Below are positions 17,580-24,000 of a stretch of DNA of 24,000 nucleotides, piece by piece. Location of the stretch: positions 299,818 through 323,817 of the forward strand of contig NZ_CP114583.1 in NCBI RefSeq assembly GCF_030550815.1, written 5' to 3'. The DNA comes from Candidatus Mycoplasma mahonii. GTDB taxonomy: Bacteria > Bacillota_I > Bacilli_A > Mycoplasmatales > Metamycoplasmataceae. Position 1 is the first letter of the stretch; the number at the start of each line of letters is the position of its first letter. The notes beneath the pieces were generated by a model. It was not told the DNA's origin, ran no database searches, and saw only the letters and a program-made list of their open reading frames with translations. Made by a program: the position numbers and the translations under genes.

Positions 17580-17943
17580 AAATCACTATATATGATTATC
17601 TAACTCTATGATTGAACAAAAACGAGAAGAGCTTTATAACTTAGAAAAATAACTTGATATGCCACTTTGTTATAAATAAATTTTCTTGTAATCTAAAATT
17701 AAGTGTTAATAGGTAATGAATGAAGCAACTCATTAGAACTAACATTTAAGATTAATAAATGCAACAAAATGCTAATTAATCGCGTAAAACTTATGGAAAA
17801 TTTATGTGTAAAAAATAAATAACATATTATTTAGTTTAAATATGGTTTAATTATAATTGATGATAAAAATTAATTGAGAATTAAGCGATTGCAGCAACCC
17901 CCTTTCCAAGGGAAACTATTACATTCAATTATCTATTTCAAAT

Positions 17944-17979
17944 ATATAACCTACATGGTTATATTTTTTTATTTTTTTC
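17944..17979 (+). terminator. Intrinsic terminator inside the codBA 5' leader (candidate attenuator)
   Basis: ATATAACC-TACAT-GGTTATAT hairpin followed by TTTTTTTATTTTTTT. It lies about 365 nt after the ridA stop and only about 18 nt before the SD/ATG of the uORF. Confidence 0.6.
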
Positions 17980-17997
17980 ATTAAAAAAGGAGAACAA

Positions 17998-18072
17998 ATG
18001 AATAAAAATATGAAAGAGAATGAGAGTAGATCAATAATAATTAATATTAAAGAAAAGGAGACACATGAATAA
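17998..18072 (+). CDS. 24-codon upstream ORF overlapping the codB start (candidate leader peptide)
   Basis: AAAAGGAGAAC SD, then ATG 17998, encoding MNKNMKENESRSIIINIKEKETHE. Its stop TAA (18070-18072) overlaps the codB ATG (18065) in ATGAATAA. No homology can be assessed by eye; coding status is unproven. Confidence 0.3.
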   Translation: MNKNMKENESRSIIINIKEKETHE

Positions 18073-19345
18073 GCACATAAGTTATAAGGGATTTTGAACA
18101 ATGCTAGCATTAATGTTTGGCTTTACCATTTTTTCAGCTTCTGTAATGTCAGGTGCTGGACTAGCAAAAGAGATGGCCACATGAAAAGGAGCAATAGCTA
18201 TATTGATGGGTAATGTTATTTTAGCATTATATGGAGCAACATTAGCATTTATATCTAGTAAAAGAAAGAAGAATTTGGATGGTGTTTTAAAAAGAGCCTT
18301 TGGCAAAAATGGAGCCATAATTCCTTCGATGGTCATGATCGCGACACAAACAGGATGATTTGGAGTTGGAATCGCAATGATAGCAATCCCGCTAGGGATG
18401 TATTCTAATGTTTCACCATGAGCATATGTTTTTATTTTTGGTGGACTTATAATGCTTACAGCCTTTTTTGGTATCAAATCATTAACTATAATTTCTATTG
18501 TTGCGGTGCCGCTTGTGCTTATATTGGGATTTATCGCTATTGGTATGTCTGTTGGTCTTGGAACATATAAGCATCACATTACCGGTAATACAAATTTTTG
18601 GGTCGCGATTTCCATAGTAATAGGCACCTTTATTTCTGGTGCAACCTTTGTGCCTAATTTTGCTGTAAATGCAAAATCAACAAAAATCGCAGTTTCAACA
18701 ACAGCCTTAGCCTTCCTTGTTGGTAATGGTTTAATGATTTCTTTTGGATTTATTTCACAACTATTTATTGCAGACCAAGTATTGGGGTTTGTAACTATAA
18801 CAGATGCTATATCAAACAAAATAACAAACGGAATGTTTTTAATCACAATGGGTATAATCATCTTAATTTTAAATATATGAACAACAAATGATTCTGGATT
18901 ATATTCTATTTCTCTTGGATTAAACCACTGAATCAAGATGCCGATATACTCAGATGGTATTATTAAGTGAAAAGAAATACCCAAAAGAATATGAGTTGTC
19001 GTTTTTGGACTCTTGGGATCAGCTGCTTCCATATGATTGTATACCAACTTTATTGTATTTTTAAGTTATATGAATAGATTTGTTCCACCAATTGGAGCTC
19101 TAATCATGATTAATTATTTATTCAAAAACCAGGAGACAAGATTCACATGAAAGGAATGTAAGTTATTGGAAATATTTTTCATGGCATTATCAACGGGATT
19201 AACATTTATTCCATTATTCACAATTTATGCTCCGCTTGTATCTTTCGGGTTTACAGTTGTTCTTTACTTGCCATATATTCTCTTAGAAGAAAAATATTTT
19301 CCGACAAAAATTAATATTATAGAAGATAAAAAGGATGGAGCCTAA
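18065..19345 (+). CDS. codB: Cytosine permease CodB (NCS1 family)
   Basis: 426 aa in frame 2 with nine in-frame TGA (Trp) codons. The track shows only 18452..18880 plus antisense shadows. Co-linear with E. coli CodB: LALMFGFTIFSASVMSGAGL (LALTFVMLGLTFFSASMWTGGTL), ATQTGWFGVGIAMIAIPLG (GTQVGWFGVGVAMFAIPVG), IGTFISGATFVPNF (VGSFISAGTLTADF), [18 protein letters not shown] ([18 protein letters not shown]), VPPIGALIMINYL (IPPVGGVIIADYL). AAAAGGAGAC SD. Confidence 0.93.
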
Positions 19346-19346
19346 A

Positions 19347-20558
19347 ATGAAATTATTGCTACAAAACGTATCGTTAAATAATGATACTACTGACATAATG
19401 ATTGAAAATAATGTAATAAAAATAATTCAAAAAAATATAAAAGGCATAATGGATAAATCAATTGATTGTCACAATTCATTAGCATTACTACCTTTTAATG
19501 ATGCACATGTACACATTGATTCGGCTCTAACTGCAGGAGAACCAAGGTTTAATGAATCTGGTTCATTGTTTGAAGGGATAGAAATATGAAGTGAAAGAAA
19601 AACAAAATTAAATGAAAAATGTTTTATTGATAGAACCGATAAGTTATTTGAAAAATATATTAATAACGGAGTTCAAAACATCAGAGCCCATGTTGACATA
19701 ACTGGCAATGGCGTTGAAATCATAAAGTGAGCAGTAAAACAAAAAAAGAAATGGGAAGATAAAATATATATCCAGCTAGTAGCTTTTCCTCAGGATGGAA
19801 TTTTAACTAAGCCAGAATTTAAGAATAATTTATTGAAAGCCATTGAATATGGAGTTGATGTTCTTGGCGGAATTCCACATTATGAAATGTCCCTAAAGCA
19901 CGGATGAGAGTCTATTGACTATATTCTCAAAACCGCTAAGGAAAATGATGTGTTAGTTGATATGCATTGTGATGAAATTGACGATCCAAATTCAAAATTC
20001 TTAGAATACCTTGCAGCTAAAACTTATGAATTAGGATTAAGTGGAAAGGTCACAGCTTCACATACAACCGCTTTTGCTAGATATAACAATGCCTATGTAA
20101 GAAAACTATGGGGTATACTAAAAAAATCAAAAATGAATTTTATTGCCAATCCTCTTGTTAATATTCATTTAGGAGGAAGATTTAATGAAGTGGATAAAGG
20201 CAGAGGGATAACAAGGGTGAAAGAGATTTTAGATCAAAATTTAAATGTCGCCTATGGGCATGATGATATACAAGATCCATGATATCCATTAGGTGATGCA
20301 AATTTATTGCAAGTGCTTTTTATGGGGATTCATTTGAATCACTTAACAGGTTATAAACAAATTTTGAATTCCATAAATTTAATAACAAGAAATAGTGCTA
20401 AGCTAATGTTTATTGATTATCCAGAAATAGCAGAAGGTAACGTAGCGAATTTTTTGATAATGAATGAATCAAACATCTACGATGTCATTAGAAAAATCGA
20501 TAGAGTTAAGTTTAATATCAAAAACGGCATCATTATAAATAAATCCGATTCACTGTAA
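19347..20558 (+). CDS. codA: Cytosine deaminase CodA (amidohydrolase superfamily)
   Basis: 403 aa in frame 0, joining track ORFs 19335, 19950 and 20307 through TGA codons. Long blocks match E. coli CodA: PFNDAHVHIDSALTAGEPRFNESGSLFEGIEIW ([33 protein letters not shown]), IRAHVD, LVAFPQDGIL, LVDMHCDEIDDPNSKF (LIDVHCDEIDDEQSRF), [59 protein letters not shown] ([25 protein letters not shown]). The metal ligands HxH, H, H, D are all present. ATG 19347 is preferred over 19335. Confidence 0.96.
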
Positions 20559-20705
20559 TAACTCTAATATTAATTTAGATAAATTATCAAATATATTACT
20601 AAATATAGAAACGATTGTAAATACAATGGTTTAATTTATTGGATTTTAATTAGTGTTTTTTATTCTATAATTAATACAAACAATTAATGATGATTATGGA
20701 GAAAA

Positions 20706-21440
20706 ATGAAAAAAATTATTAGTAAAAAAATTGAAAAAATTTGAGGGTATGAAATATGGATGTACTCTCCAGTAAAAGGGATGGAAACAACATTTGAGGA
20801 TGGCAAATTAACAACCCATGGTCCCTTGATTAAAATTATTCAAGCAAATAGACCACTATCTGTACAAGTGCACCCCGATGATGATTTTGCTAAAGAATTA
20901 GAAAATGAGGAAAATGGTAAAACAGAATCATGATATATCTTAAATCACGATCCTGATGCTAAAATAGTGATTGGTTTAAAACATTATGATGAACAAATTA
21001 TTAGAAAAAAAATATCTGATGGATTATTTGAAGATAATTTAAAATTTATTAATGTTAAAATAGGTGATTTTTTTAATATTCCAGCAGGATTAGTCCATGG
21101 GATTGGAGCAGGTATTAAAGTGTTGGAAGTGCAACAGCCTTCTGATACAACATATAGATACTTTGATTACAATAGATTAGAAAATGGTAAGCCAAGAGAA
21201 TTGCACATTGACAAGGCAATCAAAGTCCAAAAAAAACTTGCTTATAACTTGGAACCTATCTCACAAAAACCATTGACATATAAGAACGCAGTTGGGAGAC
21301 AAATTTTTTGTGTAGAACCTTCAACATTAAAGGAAGATTCTATCGTGATTGATTTGAATAACGAAGTTGCATATTTAGCCGAAAAAAATGAAATGATTAA
21401 CTTTAGCAAGTATGTTATTGTTAGCTTATGAAATACATAA
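20706..21440 (+). CDS. manA: Mannose-6-phosphate isomerase, class I (compact cupin form)
   Basis: 244 aa in frame 0. Track ORF 20967..21431 extends upstream through TGA codons to ATG 20706 (GGAG SD) and downstream through TGA to TAA 21438-21440. EKIW-GYE, PLSVQVHPDDDFAKELENEENGKTESW-YIL, GDFFNIPAGLVHGIGAGIKVLEVQQPSDTTYRYFDYNRLENGKPRELHIDKA match the type I PMI zinc and active-site motifs. Confidence 0.88.
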
Positions 21441-21464
21441 TTTTCTTAGAAAGATCTACATGTC

Positions 21465-21516
21465 AACCTGAAAAAAAATATTCTATACTTCTAAATAAAA
21501 GAAGTGCATTTTTTAT
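21465..21516 (+). mobile_element. Solo left end (IR plus leader, ~52 nt) of the same IS3-family element
   Basis: AACCTGAAAAAAAATATTCTATACTTCTAAATAAAAGAAGTGCATTTTTTAT aligns with IS positions 3899-3952 (AACCTGGAAAAAAATATTTTACACTTCTAATATAAAAGGAGTGTATTTTTTTAT). There are 5 substitutions and 2 single-nt indels. Similarity stops where the transposase ATG would be. Confidence 0.65.
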
Positions 21517-21517
21517 T

Positions 21518-21526
21518 TGCTATAAT
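21518..21526 (+). promoter_or_regulatory. Extended -10 promoter (TGcTATAAT) for the PHP phosphatase gene, near-leaderless geometry
   Basis: TGCTATAAT, then 7 nt (ggtgata), then ATG 21534, with no SD. It lies inside the longer track ORF starting at 21504, which argues against that start. Confidence 0.45.
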
Positions 21527-21533
21527 GGTGATA

Positions 21534-22304
21534 ATGTTAAAACATAATTACCACACACATACTGTTTTATGTAACCACTCAAGTTTGACTATAGAAGATC
21601 AAGTGTTGCTTGCTATTCAAAATAAGCTTAAGACGATTGGTTTTTCTGAGCATATTGATTTACCATCTGGCGATGATGGATTAAGACTTGCAAATTTTGT
21701 TGCATTTAAAAAATTCGTTAAAGGCGCTTTGCTAATGAAAGAAAAGTACAAAAACCAGATCGATGTGAGAATTGGTTTGGAATCAGAAATTATTGATCCA
21801 CAAACAGGCCTGCTTCTTTTTGACCATATCAAAAAGCGCCTTTCTTATCCTGGTGTGGAATATTTTATTATTGGTCATCACTTTTATCGTGATGGAGTTT
21901 ATTCCAAGACAAGACTCAATACCATGAAAGAATCAAAGTTCTATGTCAACGCCTATAAAAAGGCTTTAAAAGAACTAAAACCTTTATATCTTGCTCATCC
22001 AGACGTCTTTTTAAATACAAGGGGTGATGCCGAGTGACAACCGCAAGAGAAATATATCGCAAAGCATATTCTGAAGCTTTCAAAAAAACATAATATTATT
22101 TTAGGAATTAATCTTAGTGGTCTGCGTCACAAAGAAAACTACCCCAATATGCGCTTCTTTGAAATGGCAAAAGATGAAGGATGTGTGGCCATTATAGAAT
22201 TAGATGCTCATAGCACTAATGATTGAAGTGCTGAATATATTAAAAAAACTTATGCCTTTGCTAAAAAAACTAAAATAAAACTTGTAGATAAAATAGACTT
22301 TTAG
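21534..22304 (+). CDS. PHP-domain phosphoesterase (histidinol-phosphatase HisJ/YtvP-like family)
   Basis: 256 aa in frame 0, with TGA 22035 and 22224 read as Trp. MLKHNYHTHTVLCNHS (HxH...H), GFSEHIDLP, RIGLESE, IIGHH, YLAHPD and ELDAHS provide the PHP metal-ligand series. Confidence 0.8.
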
Positions 22305-22331
22305 GGCAAGTCAATATTTTTGTATTGTGGA

Positions 22332-23324
22332 TTATATGTTTTTTAAAATTTTGATTATTTTTATGATACTAGCTCTATTTGCTGCTATTAATTTAGGCAT
22401 AAGAAAATCAGTTGAATGAACAATTCCGTTTATAATGGTGCTCCATTGAGCTAACATATTATGCTGTATTTTATTTCCTTTTTTAGCAATGAGTTGTCTG
22501 CCAATAATTCCATTAATAAATAAATCAAAGTTTACTTCTTTTAGTGCAGACATATCGTTGATTATATCATCCATATTATCCATTGAATATTGCAATTGTC
22601 CGTCGATGGATATATATTTTTTAATTTTTTCTGCAGAAAGATATTTCGGCATCAAAATATTGTCTAAAAAATAATCAACATTAATAATGGAACTCCTGTT
22701 ATGGAAGAATACGTTAGTAATGGTCTTGAAATATTCTACATTAGTATTGGTATCAATATCAAATATTTGATCAGCTTTTCCTCAGTATCTCGAGGATATT
22801 AATAGTGCAGCAAAATCAGCTTCATTCATCACATATTTATCCCCGTCAAGATTAATTTCCCCTTCTCCATATAGGAGTTGATTTCAAAAATAGTTTATAT
22901 ATATTTGGTTTCAACGTAAGCTGTGTTCATTTGTGATTATTTTAAAATCTAATTCTTTATCTTCTTCTTCATTGGTCATATCTAAACTCATTGATGAATG
23001 AATAATTTCATTGTTATTTGACACTATTATTATCTTTTTATCTAATCCTTTTAAATATTTCAACTCCATTGATATTTGGAAATCACAAAGACTATCAAAT
23101 ACCCCATCAATAATTATAGTTGGCTTGTCTGACTTCTTAATAATGTCATTAATTTTTTCGGTGATCTTGTTATGATCAAAAATATTTTGAATATCTGCAG
23201 GAGATATCAGCAGGTGCTCCTCATTATTAGTGAGCGCATTCACTGTTTCTGTTTTTCCAGATTTTGGTTCTTTCACAAGTATGTGCACATCATTCCTAAT
23301 GGATTTTATAGCATTTTTAATCAT
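22332..23324 (-). CDS. Uncharacterised 330-aa protein; N-terminal degenerate P-loop NTPase-like domain plus an unknown C-terminal domain
   Basis: Track ORFs 22911..23324 and 22332..22655 are one frame joined through three TGA (Trp) codons (22911-13, 22884-86, 22782-84). GGAG SD 8 nt before ATG 23324. KEPKSGKT (aa 18-25) resembles the Walker A GxPGSGKT with both flanking Gly replaced. PTIIIDGVFD (aa 68-77) is Walker-B-like, and KKIIIVSNN is sensor-like. I could not recognise the C-terminal ~190 aa. Confidence 0.6.
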
Positions 23325-23472
23325 TTATTCTCCAATTGTTAGTTATAAATTGTTTTTAATCCAAATCAATAGACTTAAATATAAAATAACATTTAAATTA
23401 TATAAACATATTGATTTACCATATTTTATTTTTTGATAACAATTCATTAATTTTATATTGTTTTTTATTATT

Positions 23473-23855
23473 ATGCATATTTTATATAATAAGATAGTGA
23501 AACAATTAACTGAAAAGCTATTAATGAAATAACAAAGAAGTATAATTATGCTATTTATATCGAAACATTGTTAAAAAATAATGACATTATTGAAGAAAAC
23601 TACAAATTGTCCATTATTAACATGTGCATTAGTTATGAAGCATATATATCTGATTTATTTGATATGGTTTTTCACAAAAACCCTAAATATAACCATCCAT
23701 GATCAAACACTAGAGAAATAATTAATCGTTTTAAGATTGATGTTACTAATGAATATAAAAATGCTCATGATGCATGAGATTACTACAACACTCTTAAGCA
23801 TATTAATCAGGCAATGAACCATGAATATGAAAAATTAGTAAAAAATATGATTTAA
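23473..23855 (+). pseudogene. Uncharacterised small ORF, apparently frameshifted (or using a non-ATG or internal start)
   Basis: The frame 1 ORF from ATG 23473 (MHILYNKIVKQLTEKLLMK) stops at 23530-23532. The overlapping frame 0 is open from 23493 to TAA 23853-23855 (120 codons with TGA = Trp: ...ITKKYNYAIYIETLLKNNDIIEENYKLSIINMCISYEAYISDLFDMVFHKNPKYNHPW...AHDAW-DYYNTLKHINQAMNHEYEKLVKNMI), but its first in-frame ATG is at 23622. No family was recognised. Confidence 0.3.
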
Positions 23856-23908
23856 TAACTAGTTGCAAAAAAGCATCATCATTTGTTTATCATACATTAA
23901 AATCATCC

Positions 23909-24000
23909 TTAATGATTTGATCCAGTTAATATTTGCTTAGGGAGTTTGACACAATTATTTTGTCCTCTATAATGTAGAACTTTTATCTCAAAAACAAAAA
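23909..24000 (-). CDS. Possible 3' end of a minus-strand gene continuing beyond the window
   Basis: Open frame from the window edge (...FVFEIKVLHYRGQNNCVKLPKQILTGSNH) to TAA at 23909-23911. Only 30 codons are visible and no homology is assessable. Confidence 0.2.
   Translation of the reverse strand, partial: FVFEIKVLHYRGQNNCVKLPKQILTGSNH

Noticed and set aside
17608-17652. 14-codon ORF MIEQKREELYNLEK after ridA
   Set aside because: It is too short, has no SD, and cannot be distinguished from chance.
16797-19047. Minus-strand ORFs 16797..16994, 17177..17461, 17925..18110, 18082..18477 and 18574..19047
   Set aside because: They are antisense to the C-S lyase, ridA, the codB leader and codB. 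codB is co-linear with E. coli CodB on the plus strand.
20610-20640. ATTGTA-AA-TACAAT palindrome as a codA terminator
   Set aside because: The loop is only 2 nt, the stem is AT-only and the T tract is weak. No convincing terminator can be called.
23900-23918. AAATCAT-CCTTA-ATGATTT hairpin as a bidirectional terminator
   Set aside because: It is a 7-bp AT-rich stem without adjacent T or A runs, and it overlaps the putative stop of a very uncertain ORF.
1-24000. CRISPR arrays, rRNA genes, prophage, restriction-modification or classical toxin-antitoxin genes
   Set aside because: No regularly spaced direct repeats, rRNA-like G+C-rich blocks or recognisable signature motifs of these systems were seen on either strand.

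Overview
AT-rich chromosomal segment of a Mollicutes-type (Mycoplasma-like) genome that must be read with translation table 4 (TGA = Trp). The supplied standard-code ORF track splits almost every real gene at in-frame TGA codons. Several of these fall on Trp positions known from well-studied homologues: SMC AIKW-VLGE, CodA DPW-YPLG and EGIE-W, CodB LNIW-TTND, and the OmpR-type KVW. After re-joining, the window reads as follows. (1) smc, 5'-partial. (2) An atypical OmpR-like winged-helix regulator with a pseudo-receiver domain, translationally coupled to a 72-aa Smr protein. (3) A decayed 1.24-kb IS3-family element wedged between convergent genes. (4) Divergent ktrA/ktrB. (5) A six-tRNA cluster (Asn-Glu-Val-Thr-Lys-Leu). 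(6) truB-ribF-rpsO, then tmcAL (minus strand) and rpmF. (7) The minimal dcw cluster mraZ-rsmH-ftsA-ftsZ, with a phased MraZ-operator-like repeat. From 15.2 kb onward the content becomes an accessory patchwork: a frameshifted NADH-oxidase remnant; a C-S lyase plus RidA pair; a 418-nt non-coding leader (G+C-rich hairpin, intrinsic terminator, 24-codon uORF) in front of a codB-codA cytosine salvage operon; a compact manA; a solo IS end; a PHP-family phosphatase; an uncharacterised 330-aa protein with a degenerate P-loop; a frameshifted small ORF; and a possible gene tail at the window edge. I saw no rRNA, CRISPR array or recognisable phage, restriction-modification or toxin-antitoxin genes. The best candidates for something undescribed are the codBA leader, the orphan pseudo-receiver regulator/Smr pair and the P-loop-like protein locus. 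For all three, function is inferred and not demonstrated.
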